IMG/VR virus record: IMGVR_UViG_3300028591_000075
Span: 189,313-253,312 of that record
Strand: one strand, 5' to 3'
Source: a virus
Lineage: Duplodnaviria; Caudoviricetes
DNA: 64,000 nt
Numbering within the stretch: the stretch's first letter is position 1; the number at the start of each line of letters is the position of its first letter. The notes beneath the pieces were generated by a model, which worked only from the letters and a program-made list of their open reading frames with translations, made no database searches and was not told the DNA's origin. The translations under genes and the position numbers were made by a program. Of this stretch, positions 10,745 through 20,465 are shown piece by piece.

Positions 10745-11160
10745 GTTAATGTTTCCGGAACTGCGTAGAAGGTGTGTGGGTCTCTTGTGGACGGGAGGGA
10801 CGACACTACTATGATATTGACTGGCTTTTCGTAGTTGGAACTAGCCAGCGGAATAAGAACATCTGGCTTATTGGCTATGTATGAGTCCGCCGTCGTATCA
10901 GATTCATTCCAGTCTGATTGTACGTTTGCGTCGCCGGTATCGGTAAGGGCGACAGTGGTCGTGGTGGCCGGAGAAGTGGACTGGTCGGTCACGGTCAACG
11001 TAAGCGTCTTGTCGTTGTTGCTCAGGGCTGCGCCGGACACGTAGGTGGACGGGACCTTGTCTATGCTGTCGGCAATGTCTCTTCCTTTCTCATCCTTTCT
11101 TGCCCGCTCGGCAAATAATCTTCGACTATCGAAGCCTGTCCACAATGTATCATCCGCCAT
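10741..11160 (-). CDS. Small tail-fibre-related protein
   Basis: Shares N-terminal LWTGFDxRxLxAERARxDxKG and NVQSDWNE..NKP modules with 7664-9457. Confidence 0.6.
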   Translation of the reverse strand: MADDTLWTGFDSRRLFAERARKDEKGRDIADSIDKVPSTYVSGAALSNNDKTLTLTVTDQSTSPATTTTVALTDTGDANVQSDWNESDTTADSYIANKPDVLIPLASSNYEKPVNIIVVSSLPSTRDPHTFYAVPETLT

Positions 11161-11301
11161 ACTAGCCTACTTGGTAATCTGAGTTCAACATACCTAGTTT
11201 ATCATTTTTCTGTCGGAAATGGGAATCTCGGGTCCCGAATATGGGTATTTTTACACCAAAATGCTATAAACTGGAGTCAGTATATATGCTGGTGAAGTGC
11301 T

Positions 11302-12813
11302 ATGGAAGAATACCGCAACGAGAGAACCATTGAGAAGTTGGACCCGATTCCGGGCGGGTGGAACCATGATGCCAAGTCCAAATTCCTTGAACATGGATTT
11401 CTTGCCATTGCCGGGGAAACCCCAGCGGCTGTCATGAGGACCAAGAGGATAGATCTTGACACGTTGATGAGCAATCTTCCGGGTGTCATAGTTTGGCTAG
11501 GAAAGAGTGAAGCCAGGCAGTCCGATGGTGTATTCCTCCTCAATGAATCCAAGAGTTCCGAAACGCACCGGGAAGACAAGAACCTGGTGTGTTCTGACGG
11601 CCTATTGAAGGCGGTTCATGGTGGATGGTACCATATCCAGGCAACATGGATCATGAGCGGCGGTGGCGCAAACAATGAATACCGCCACGCAATTTTGTCC
11701 CTTTCGGTTGCGGATTCCCCCCGCAGTGAAATGCAGGCCATGATGGACCTGTCCGTATCCGGGAACAATCGGTGTAATATATCCGCAGTCGTGTACGTGG
11801 ACGACGAGAACAGTTCAATCAAGTTCACTATATCCGGGCTCTCCAATGATGCACTCGTGACGAGTCGGCTGGATAACATCTCCGTACATAAACTGGCCGC
11901 GGTGACATCGGCTGCAAATATTCATGCCGAGGGGGAACTGGATCAGAAACAGACTGATTGGAATGAGACTGACCCCAATAAGGTCGAATATCTCAAGAAT
12001 AAACCCGACCTTTCTGTGTATGCTACTACCGACTATGTCGATACCACGAAGGACGATATTCTAGCTGCATTGGGCCAGCCGCTCAAATGGCAGGGACCGG
12101 CAACCGTCGATACATTGAACGGCGGTATTTCCGATATAGAAGTTGGGTGGGCATACACGATGACCGATTCCGGTGAACTCGACGATGGTGGAATTCCGGT
12201 AGATATTGGCGATGAAGTCGCCTGGACAGGTGATATATGGTTCAAGCTGGGTGGCGATGGTGGCATTGCATACATCAATCTCAATACGTCATATGATGAT
12301 GCCATCGGATACATAGATCGCGGTCGTCTTCCGGTGATGCGTGTTATAGCTAATGGTGACACACATTTCTACTATCCATCCTGGTCAAACAGCAATCTGC
12401 ATTTTATCTCCATCCAGGATGCCTCGATTCATTTGATTAAGCGCAATCAGGCACTTGACCAATGGGAAGAAAGCGTATTATTTGAATACAAGATGTCTGC
12501 CAACGAATATACCGAGGCCGATATTGACAACAATACACTCACAGTTAGTGGCAACAACTGCATATCAAGCATTGTGCTAACGACTGCAACGACACTTGTC
12601 ATAGCGGTCAATGAACAGGTTCCGAATTTCGGTGTTGAACTTGACAACACCGATAACCAGTCCGATGTCCAAGTTACTGTAACTAACGGTAATGCCGTGC
12701 TGTTCCCCAGTGAAGTCGGGCGAACAACCGTAAAGGCCGGTAAATTTTATCAGTTGACCTGCGTAGGTCGTTGCTGGACACTTGCTGAGTTCTTGGTGCA
12801 GTCTGGAACGTAA
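11302..12813 (+). CDS. Tail fibre-related structural protein
   Basis: QTDWNETDPNKVEYLKNKPDLSVYAT module. 503-aa ORF downstream of an ATAAACT motif. Confidence 0.5.
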   Translation: MEEYRNERTIEKLDPIPGGWNHDAKSKFLEHGFLAIAGETPAAVMRTKRIDLDTLMSNLPGVIVWLGKSEARQSDGVFLLNESKSSETHREDKNLVCSDGLLKAVHGGWYHIQATWIMSGGGANNEYRHAILSLSVADSPRSEMQAMMDLSVSGNNRCNISAVVYVDDENSSIKFTISGLSNDALVTSRLDNISVHKLAAVTSAANIHAEGELDQKQTDWNETDPNKVEYLKNKPDLSVYATTDYVDTTKDDILAALGQPLKWQGPATVDTLNGGISDIEVGWAYTMTDSGELDDGGIPVDIGDEVAWTGDIWFKLGGDGGIAYINLNTSYDDAIGYIDRGRLPVMRVIANGDTHFYYPSWSNSNLHFISIQDASIHLIKRNQALDQWEESVLFEYKMSANEYTEADIDNNTLTVSGNNCISSIVLTTATTLVIAVNEQVPNFGVELDNTDNQSDVQVTVTNGNAVLFPSEVGRTTVKAGKFYQLTCVGRCWTLAEFLVQSGT

Positions 12814-12822
12814 TGTAGGAGC

Positions 12823-13146
12823 TTGGGTCAAATGCTAATTACACAGCATGGCATCGATTCCTTGCCAAGGAGGCAACGATGGGATTATAATGTTCCCGAT
12901 AACATTTCACTCGGGAAGGCGCCCATCGACTATGCTGATGCCAGTATAGACATTGTTAGATTTGACGAAACATTGCATACTGACCCGGTGACCGGAACTG
13001 TGGATATTATTTCGTTTAATGAATCAATGCGCCGTGACCGATTGGGTGGGGATATAGAAATTGAACAGTTTAGAAAGCCCAACCTGGGTGATTCACTTAA
13101 TGGTTCTATTGAACTAGAAAGTTTCACCATAGAACCTGAAACCTAG
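12823..13146 (+). CDS. Hypothetical protein
   Basis: ORF in operon context with AGGAG upstream. Start may be 12832. Confidence 0.45.
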   Translation: MGQMLITQHGIDSLPRRQRWDYNVPDNISLGKAPIDYADASIDIVRFDETLHTDPVTGTVDIISFNESMRRDRLGGDIEIEQFRKPNLGDSLNGSIELESFTIEPET

Positions 13147-13179
13147 AACGTTTATTTACATGCACTACATGGAGGCATC

Positions 13180-14364
13180 ATGCTTTTAGAAAACAAACAC
13201 AAAATCGGTGGACGGGTAGTTGCAATCGGAAAAGTGTCGCCGGATGGTACCCGTGACGTGAAATGGCTGGATAAGCCAAAACACAACATGATTGTGGCTT
13301 CTGGCTTTGATCACCTGTTCCACTTCTGTAAGTATCTTAACCGTGACCAGTATACACAAAGTTATGTAAGTGTTGCCAATTCCCGTATTACATTCGTCGG
13401 TGGTTCTACTACACGAGATTATAATAGGAATTACGAATATACCCGTCAGGGATGCTTACAATATTGTCGTATTGGCACGAACGGCGATGCGACTGCATTC
13501 ACCGATACTGAATTGAAGAGCCCTTGCTCCTCGTACAGTTCTAGTATAGAAAACGGGTTCCCATGGACATACGCATTCACCGGTCCAAACGGAAACGGCG
13601 ATTATTACATTAGGGTTACACACAGGGTAACTGCGAATCAGACTGGTCAGGTTAGGGAAATTGGATGGTATGGCTATTCATCCGAATACAAAAACTATGG
13701 AACAACTGGAACATACTCGCTATTTTCACGGGTTGTCTTGGATGAGCCATATGAAATAACTTCTGGTGAGGGGATGATTATTTGCTATGAGCTGCATATC
13801 CAATATGCTGACTTAACTCCCGTCCCGGTTCTGATGAACGGGCTTGTGGCAACCGACGGTACTCCGCTTCGGGCCATGAAAGGATTTGAAAGCCAGGTTT
13901 CCCTTGCTCAGTCATCTGGTAACATTCCTTATATAAATTATTCCAGGTTTGGGTTTATCAATACTGATGCGACTGACACTCCGGGGATGGGTTCGCATTA
14001 TTCTGTATACAGTTATGCCGTAAACCGCATATCATACTATACCAGTGACCGTGATTTCCATGCGGACCGAAACCCTTGGTATGGAAGTGGAAGTCTAACG
14101 AAAGCAACCGTAGCACCACTGGTTACAGTTGGGTTATCTTCGGGTGTTCCGACAAACCGAGTGACGTTTACGGTACCTGGGACGTGGCCAAACCTTTCCG
14201 GTACCAACACTTCGATAGATATCCATATGTTGAACATCGATGGATACACCTATCGTTTTGGGTATTATGATAATGACACCTGGGTACCGCAGGCGCTTCG
14301 GAAATATTATACCGACAACTGGCAAATTACTGAAAAGATAACATACGTTACGGATGACGAATAA
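13180..14364 (+). CDS. Putative baseplate/tail structural protein
   Basis: GGAGG RBS. IGTNGDATAFTDTEL..VREIGWY..LFSRVVLD..YELHI pattern of tail-collar/baseplate-like proteins. Confidence 0.5.
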   Translation: MLLENKHKIGGRVVAIGKVSPDGTRDVKWLDKPKHNMIVASGFDHLFHFCKYLNRDQYTQSYVSVANSRITFVGGSTTRDYNRNYEYTRQGCLQYCRIGTNGDATAFTDTELKSPCSSYSSSIENGFPWTYAFTGPNGNGDYYIRVTHRVTANQTGQVREIGWYGYSSEYKNYGTTGTYSLFSRVVLDEPYEITSGEGMIICYELHIQYADLTPVPVLMNGLVATDGTPLRAMKGFESQVSLAQSSGNIPYINYSRFGFINTDATDTPGMGSHYSVYSYAVNRISYYTSDRDFHADRNPWYGSGSLTKATVAPLVTVGLSSGVPTNRVTFTVPGTWPNLSGTNTSIDIHMLNIDGYTYRFGYYDNDTWVPQALRKYYTDNWQITEKITYVTDDE

Positions 14365-14426
14365 ACATATTCGCCATGTAAAATAAGGCTATGTCCATCC
14401 AAAGTGTTGTTCCATGAAAAAATGCC

Positions 14427-14455
14427 TTGACATGCCAATGAATAAGTGCTATATT
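14427..14455 (+). promoter_or_regulatory. Host-sigma-type promoter
   Basis: TTGACA-17 bp (ending TGC)-TATATT. Confidence 0.7.
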
Positions 14456-14461
14456 GTAATC

Positions 14462-14577
14462 TAGGTAGCGTCACGACCACTATATATCGTTCCAACATCC
14501 TTAGCAACACTTTGGGTGGACAATACCTAAAATAATAAAACGCACATTTAATGCCCGGTTTATGACCGGGCATTGTT
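14462..14577 (+). ncRNA. Candidate small RNA (~115 nt)
   Basis: Lies between the 14427 promoter and hairpin ATGCCCGGT-TTATG-ACCGGGCAT (14551-14573). No ORF. 5' TAGGTA (14462-67) pairs with TACCTA (14524-29). Confidence 0.4.
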
Positions 14578-14604
14578 GCTAAATGGTGATTATTTTGCTA
14601 TATT
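14576..14604 (+). promoter_or_regulatory. Host-sigma-type promoter
   Basis: TTGCTA-17 bp-TATATT with TGC extension. Confidence 0.55.
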
Positions 14605-14656
14605 CTCAATGCGACCGGTGTCGCTTTTGGTAAACTATTATTTACAGAGGAACCAC

Positions 14657-14857
14657 ATGGACCCGACTGTTGAGCAGATACTCAAAGTTTCAAAAGAAAT
14701 CAGCATGTCTTCCAAGAGGGGGAAGCCCAATTTCATCTGGGCGACTGAGGAAACCCTTGGGGACATCCGGGACTATCTCGAGCGGGAGGAACACAAGAAG
14801 CGCTGCACCGAAATCGAAGAAAATTTGAACCGTTCCATCAAAAATGCTACAAAATAG
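14657..14857 (+). CDS. Small hypothetical protein
   Basis: GAGG RBS, MDPTVEQILKV. Confidence 0.5.
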   Translation: MDPTVEQILKVSKEISMSSKRGKPNFIWATEETLGDIRDYLEREEHKKRCTEIEENLNRSIKNATK

Positions 14858-14870
14858 CTATATTTGCAAT

Positions 14871-15572
14871 ATGTCAATCGAAATCATCAGAATTACCGAA
14901 CATCCGCTTCAACTCATCGGCCAGTGCACCGGCGTATGCTGGGGCGCCCCGGTGAACGACCCGGAAAAGAACAAGAAACGCGCCATTTCCTGCATCAAGG
15001 CCAACCATGGCCGCGTGCTGGAATTTCCCGAATTCATCATCGTCATCGACGGCTACTCGGCCCGCATGATGCGCGAACTTTACACGCACATCGGCGGTGG
15101 CCCCACCAGGCTGCAGTCCTCCACCCGCTACGTGAACGAGGGCGGGTTCAAATTCTACATGCCGGAAAGCTGCAAGGGGCATTCCGAATACGACTCCACG
15201 ATGGAGACCATCCAGGTGGCATACAGCGACCTTGTTGGGCTGATTGGCGTCCCCAAGGAAGATGCCGCGAACATCCTCCCCCTCGGCATGGAGTCCAAGA
15301 TGGTCTGGAAGGGCAACCTCCGCATGCTCATCAACTTCATGAACAGGCGTCTCTGCACCAGAGCGTTGAAGGAGATACGCGGATTTGCCAACGAATTCAA
15401 GAAACTGCTTGCATCGGTGGATGACGAATGGGCCTGGATTGCCGAGAACCTGTTCGTCCCGTCGTGCGAACAGTTCAAAATCCACAACCCCGATCTGAAA
15501 TTCTGTGTCGAGGAACACTGCTGCGGCAGGGCCCCCAGGATTTCTGAACTCAAAATCTCGAAGGAGAACTAA
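14871..15572 (+). CDS. thyX: FAD-dependent thymidylate synthase
   Basis: HGRVLEF, SARMMRELYTHIGGGPTRLQSSTRY (variant of RHRx7S-RY), PKEDAANILP, NLRMLINFMNRRLCTRALKEIR. Confidence 0.85.
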   Translation: MSIEIIRITEHPLQLIGQCTGVCWGAPVNDPEKNKKRAISCIKANHGRVLEFPEFIIVIDGYSARMMRELYTHIGGGPTRLQSSTRYVNEGGFKFYMPESCKGHSEYDSTMETIQVAYSDLVGLIGVPKEDAANILPLGMESKMVWKGNLRMLINFMNRRLCTRALKEIRGFANEFKKLLASVDDEWAWIAENLFVPSCEQFKIHNPDLKFCVEEHCCGRAPRISELKISKEN

Positions 15573-15573
15573 A

Positions 15574-15873
15574 ATGAGCATCGAACGCGATATCGACAGT
15601 TCCGTGTACTCAATCCGCCATGCGGTGCAATCCATCAGGGATTCCATCGACACCAGTGAAATCGACAGCGACCTGGACTCGATTGAGAACGAATGCGATG
15701 AGCTTTCCAACCTTGAAGAGGATGACCCGGATATCCTCGTTAGTAACGCCCTGGATGACATGGGGCTCGAAAATTTCGGGGAACAGTGGGGCCGTATCGA
15801 TGTCGGCACCGCAAACGAACTGAGGGAAGCGGTAACCCGCATCCTTAAAGAACATGGATATTCCGTGGGGTAA
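15574..15873 (+). CDS. Acidic hypothetical protein
   Basis: AGGAG RBS, tightly packed in operon. Confidence 0.55.
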   Translation: MSIERDIDSSVYSIRHAVQSIRDSIDTSEIDSDLDSIENECDELSNLEEDDPDILVSNALDDMGLENFGEQWGRIDVGTANELREAVTRILKEHGYSVG

Positions 15874-15875
15874 GT

Positions 15876-16865
15876 ATGTTTTGGAACCTATTCAAAAAGA
15901 AACCGGCACCGAAGCTGGAACAGGAAAAGAAGGACCTGGAACCACAGCGCATGCGCCTTGACGATTTCTGCAAGGACCGCGAAGGCTATTTCACCGGAAA
16001 CGGTCACCCGGCCAACACGGTCGGCTACTGCAAGATTCCGCTTATGTGGCCCTATTTCAATGGCTATACGGTCATCCCGGACGGGATGTACCCGGTTATC
16101 CGCGTTGATGGTCACTGCTTCCATACATTCACCAGGAAACTGAAGAAGCCGTTCGACCCGAACATGGTGAAGGCCATGTGCCAGGCGACCAAGAAGCTCG
16201 TCGAGTTCTTCTCGGCATGCTACGGCTATACACAGTCCGATGAAATCACCATCGTCCTTCCGAAGAACTCGCAGGATTTCGGGCGCAAGACGCACAAGCT
16301 CGCATCGCTTGCTGCAGCCATCGCCACTGCCGAATTCATCAAGTACATGGAATTCTACATGGGCAAGAAGCTCACGAAGCTCCCCGTGTTCGATGGTCGC
16401 GCATTCGCCCTGATGAACGAGGAAGAACTCGGCTACTACCAGTGCTTCCGTCAACACGACGCTTGCCGCAACGCCATTTCGGCTGTCGCCAGGGCATACT
16501 ATTCCCATAAGCAGCTCGAAAGCAAGAACTCGGATGACAAGGTTCAGATGCTTGCCGACAAGGGAGTCGATTTCTGGAAGGAATACTCCACCGCAGAAAT
16601 CTTCGGCTACTATTTCAGGCGCAAGCTCTCCACCCGCAAGTTCACCAAGGCCGAAATAGAGAAGCTGCCTGAGCGCCACGAGGCCCGCACGAACCCGGAT
16701 CTCATGGTGGTCCGTTCCGAGATTTTGAAGTTCGACTTCAAGGTCGAATACAGGAACAGTACCTCGGCGGAGGAACTCACCGAGCAGATGCTCAAACTTG
16801 TGACTAAGGACGAACTGCCCCAAAAGGAAGTTCCTAGCGAAACCGACAACACCGGGGACGAATAA
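15876..16865 (+). CDS. tRNA(His) guanylyltransferase Thg1-like protein (3'-5' polymerase family)
   Basis: IRVDGHCFHTFT, KPFD, YGYTQSDEITI, GRKTHKLAS, FDGRAF, RQHDACRNAIS. Confidence 0.88.
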   Translation: MFWNLFKKKPAPKLEQEKKDLEPQRMRLDDFCKDREGYFTGNGHPANTVGYCKIPLMWPYFNGYTVIPDGMYPVIRVDGHCFHTFTRKLKKPFDPNMVKAMCQATKKLVEFFSACYGYTQSDEITIVLPKNSQDFGRKTHKLASLAAAIATAEFIKYMEFYMGKKLTKLPVFDGRAFALMNEEELGYYQCFRQHDACRNAISAVARAYYSHKQLESKNSDDKVQMLADKGVDFWKEYSTAEIFGYYFRRKLSTRKFTKAEIEKLPERHEARTNPDLMVVRSEILKFDFKVEYRNSTSAEELTEQMLKLVTKDELPQKEVPSETDNTGDE

Positions 16866-17671
16866 TGTCCAAGGAACTTAGCGCAGGTTTCATCATTTTC
16901 CAGAAGGGGAGCAACAGGCTCCTTGTTTCCCATCCTACCGGAAACCCGAAGGACGGGAAGCATTCCTGGGACATCCCGAAGGGCCATGTCGAGAATGGCG
17001 AGGACCCGCTCGAAGCGGCTCTACGTGAACTGTATGAGGAAACCGGACTTGAACATGTGGAAGATACTTTCGAGATAGGCAGGGTCCCTTACCGTTCGGA
17101 TAAGGCTCTCCACCTGTTTAGCGCGTATGTCGATTTCGACATAGGCGACCTGCATTGCGACTCGAAGTTTACCGACAGCTACGGCGTGGAGAAGCCGGAG
17201 GTTGACAGGTATCAGCTTACAGACGACCCGGAACTGCTGTTCAGCAACATGTACTGGTATGCAACCAGGGAAATGCTCCGCAGGAAACTCGCCTATGAAG
17301 TGACCATCCAAATCACCGATGACGATTTCCCCGACAAGACCTTCCCGTTGGCAAGCATCCTCAGCAACAACTCCATCTTGAAGTACCTGAACCGGGTGAC
17401 CGAGGTGACCGAGAAGGGCTGGTGGAAGCCTAATGCCGAATACGATTTCACGATTACAAACGAGGAACTGTTCGGCCGCGGTTTCCAGGACGACTACCGC
17501 ACCAACCACATGAAGACGACCAACGAGGAAGTCCATACCGGTCTCCTGTATGCACATCCGGTGGCCGACTTCCCAGGCAGCGCATTGGATCCGAAATGCC
17601 GCAAGTTGTGGACCATGCACCCATTCCCGTTCGAGGACTGGGCGATGTTCCTTCCCGGTTCAGAGAGGTAG
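16865..17671 (+). CDS. NUDIX hydrolase with C-terminal extension
   Basis: Nudix box WDIPKGHVENGEDPLEAALRELYEETG. Confidence 0.85.
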   Translation: MSKELSAGFIIFQKGSNRLLVSHPTGNPKDGKHSWDIPKGHVENGEDPLEAALRELYEETGLEHVEDTFEIGRVPYRSDKALHLFSAYVDFDIGDLHCDSKFTDSYGVEKPEVDRYQLTDDPELLFSNMYWYATREMLRRKLAYEVTIQITDDDFPDKTFPLASILSNNSILKYLNRVTEVTEKGWWKPNAEYDFTITNEELFGRGFQDDYRTNHMKTTNEEVHTGLLYAHPVADFPGSALDPKCRKLWTMHPFPFEDWAMFLPGSER

Positions 17672-17674
17672 CAT

Positions 17675-18163
17675 ATGGAAAACGGATTGAAGCATGTCCT
17701 TGAACGCAAGGGCTGGATTAAGGATGAGCCGGAGATGGCCGACAAAAACGAGTACAAGGTGTACACCAGGTGCATCTTGCCACTTGACACGGTGAACCGC
17801 AACAACCGCAAGTTCAGCAAGGAAGTTGTCCAGAAGGCGATTGACAAGCTGAAAGGGCAGCCAGTTCCTTGCAGACTAAATATGCCAAGGGTGGAACACC
17901 CGGAACGTATGTTTGAGGTTGACTGGCAGGATATCCAGGGATTTGCCGACCTTTCCATCAAGGACAACCGCCTGATGGCGGAAATGCGTATCCTGAAAGA
18001 CAGTGACTTTGGCAAGATCATCTGCCAGGGTCTGGATGATGGAACAATGGTACCCGCCCCGTTTGGCACCGGCGATGCGAATGTGAGCGACAATGTGGAA
18101 GAAATTTCAAATTATACGCTTACCGGCATCGGAATTATTGACAAGAACCGCTCGATTTGGTAA
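17675..18163 (+). CDS. T4 gp21-like prohead protease paralog, apparently catalytically dead
   Basis: VNRNNRKFSKEVVQKAI and EHP align with gp21 VNRNxRxY/ELxHP, but GVSSRG is replaced by VPAPFG. Confidence 0.55.
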   Translation: MENGLKHVLERKGWIKDEPEMADKNEYKVYTRCILPLDTVNRNNRKFSKEVVQKAIDKLKGQPVPCRLNMPRVEHPERMFEVDWQDIQGFADLSIKDNRLMAEMRILKDSDFGKIICQGLDDGTMVPAPFGTGDANVSDNVEEISNYTLTGIGIIDKNRSIW

Positions 18164-18172
18164 ATTTCCGAT

Positions 18173-18499
18173 ATGCGTTTATCTGTTCAGAAAGCCGATA
18201 AGTTATTGGATAAAGTGCTGCTCGGGTGCATTGCCACCGTGGGCAGCCTTATGGGGCTATGCATCCTATATACGATTCTTGGTACTATCTACGTTAACCT
18301 GCCCGAATTCGTAATTGGCGCCTTAAAGACCATTGGCGTATCGGCTGTTGTGATATTGATTGCTGTACTATGTTTCAAGTTTTCGGCAGTTCGGATAATC
18401 ACAAAGGGCGTCTTGGCCATCGTGGGGGTGACCGGCACCGTTTACATAATTTACTGCCTGGTGCTGTTTGCATTGGACGGAGGGTTTGCAATCAAATGA
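18173..18499 (+). CDS. Membrane protein (3 TM)
   Basis: Three hydrophobic stretches. Confidence 0.55.
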   Translation: MRLSVQKADKLLDKVLLGCIATVGSLMGLCILYTILGTIYVNLPEFVIGALKTIGVSAVVILIAVLCFKFSAVRIITKGVLAIVGVTGTVYIIYCLVLFALDGGFAIK

Positions 18500-19323
18500 A
18501 GGCTCTGATTCTTTCTGACATTCACATCGATTTCCAGTATGAGTATGCCATCTTCCCGGTGAAGGATGACTACACTGACGAAGAATGCTTACAGTCGTTC
18601 AACCGCTGGTGGGACATGATGCAGTTCCCCGAGGCCGACGTGCTCCTGAGTGCCGGCGACTTTTCCAACGACTACCGCACGTTCCAGCAGTTCATGAAGT
18701 TCATTTCCGGAAAGTACAAGGACGTTTATATCGTACTCGGCAACCATGACCTCGTGGTCAAGGGTGCCACCCCGTCCAAGTCCAATCAGGAATTCAAGAC
18801 ATCCGAGGACAAGATTGCCGCCATGCGGGCCTTCCTGGAGAAGAAGTGTCCAAATGTGCACCTACTCGAAGGCGACACGCTGAACGGCATCGCCGGGTGC
18901 ATGGGCATGTGCAAGTTGGTGCCTACTGACCATCTACGCTGGAAGCGCCACTGGTTCGACGGTGTGCACTGGAAGTACATGGACATGCAGCCGGAGACCA
19001 TCTGGAACCATTACCGCGAAACGATGAACAATCTCATCGCCACGCAGCCGAAGGTCATGATGACACACTATGCACCCTATGAGATGGGTGTCGCGTTCGA
19101 GTACCGTCTGGACAGGAATACCCCGTTCTTCTACTTTGACGGAAAGGAATTCCTGGAGCAGATGCCGGACGACTCCTACTGGATTTGCGGCCATGTCCAC
19201 AACGTGTTCTCCACCGAATACACCAAGGAAAACGGTGGCATTGTCCATATCCGCGCCAACCCACACGGCTATCCGGGTGAACGGTCCTATAACCGCATGA
19301 AGGATTTTGTAATCGAACTATAA
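18496..19323 (+). CDS. Calcineurin-like metallophosphoesterase
   Basis: SDIH, AGD, GNHD, THY, GHVH, NPHGY motifs. Confidence 0.85.
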   Translation: MKALILSDIHIDFQYEYAIFPVKDDYTDEECLQSFNRWWDMMQFPEADVLLSAGDFSNDYRTFQQFMKFISGKYKDVYIVLGNHDLVVKGATPSKSNQEFKTSEDKIAAMRAFLEKKCPNVHLLEGDTLNGIAGCMGMCKLVPTDHLRWKRHWFDGVHWKYMDMQPETIWNHYRETMNNLIATQPKVMMTHYAPYEMGVAFEYRLDRNTPFFYFDGKEFLEQMPDDSYWICGHVHNVFSTEYTKENGGIVHIRANPHGYPGERSYNRMKDFVIEL

Positions 19324-19333
19324 AGGAAAGCTA

Positions 19334-20449
19334 ATGAATTATCAGTACATTCACAATCCACTCGGCATGGCCGGTCTCTACATCTCCTACGGGCACGTTG
19401 GCGCCGTCAGCGAGAAGGCCGGCAAGTATGGTACCTCGCACCTCATGGAACACATGATTTGCAAGAACACGGACTCCATGCGAGACAAGTTGCAGGAGAA
19501 CGGCATCTTTTCCAACGCCTTTACTGGCACCGACAAGGTGGTCGTACACGTGACCGGCCTCGCCGACCGCATGAAGATGTTCATGCAGGAATTTGTCGAA
19601 AAGCTCATCGGACCCATTGACGCTATCACCGAGGAACAGTTCCTGAACGAACGTCGGACCGTCCTCAACGAATATGGCGACAACTTCATCGATCCTGCTC
19701 AGGTTGCCCTGTACAATGCGATGCGCAAGCATTTCGGTTGCTATTTGGCCATTGGCCGCGAAGAAGACATCAAGGCGTTCACCTTCGATGATTACAAGCA
19801 GTCCTACAATGAAGTCTTCAACAAGCCGGACAGCATCATCTATATCGGTCCCGAAGATCCGCACCTGGCCATTCCGGTGTATCCGTCAGTTAAAGGCCTC
19901 CCGAACACCTACAAGTACACCGAAAACTCAGGTGAAGCGCTTGTCCCGGTTACCGAAAACGGTCGTTCCCAGTTCATTATCTTCCCGAAGGAACCGGTGG
20001 ATACCTTGCATGCTGCATCTGCCGCTATCGCATTCAAGATGCTCGCGTCCGGCCTCAATTCCCCTCTGAACATGGAAGCCCGCGAAAATCGCGGTCTCAC
20101 CTATGGTGTCGGCGGTTTCATCAACTCCGTCGGGACAACCTATATCCCGACCATCTTCACCAGTACGGAAGTCGAAACGAAGAATGAACTCCTCGATGTC
20201 ATGATGGACGTATTCGGAAACCTTGACAAGTACCTTACCGAGGAACGTTTCAATACCGTCAAGGGAATGGTTATGGCCAAGAAGCAGAAGCATTCCATTC
20301 TTCTTTACGACAACCCGGATGCCCCGATCAAACAGGCCCTTGGCTTCATTGACGAGGATAAGGGCGTTGAATCTCTCACCTTCGACATGGCCATGCGTGC
20401 GGCGAAGAAATACTTCTCCCCGGATGCACTCGGCGTATATGTCGAATAA
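19334..20449 (+). CDS. M16 (insulinase-family) zinc peptidase
   Basis: Inverted zinc motif HLMEH, NAFT, ERRTVLNE, SPLNMEARENRGLTY. Confidence 0.85.
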   Translation: MNYQYIHNPLGMAGLYISYGHVGAVSEKAGKYGTSHLMEHMICKNTDSMRDKLQENGIFSNAFTGTDKVVVHVTGLADRMKMFMQEFVEKLIGPIDAITEEQFLNERRTVLNEYGDNFIDPAQVALYNAMRKHFGCYLAIGREEDIKAFTFDDYKQSYNEVFNKPDSIIYIGPEDPHLAIPVYPSVKGLPNTYKYTENSGEALVPVTENGRSQFIIFPKEPVDTLHAASAAIAFKMLASGLNSPLNMEARENRGLTYGVGGFINSVGTTYIPTIFTSTEVETKNELLDVMMDVFGNLDKYLTEERFNTVKGMVMAKKQKHSILLYDNPDAPIKQALGFIDEDKGVESLTFDMAMRAAKKYFSPDALGVYVE

Positions 20450-20465
20450 CCCATAGGAGTCAAAT

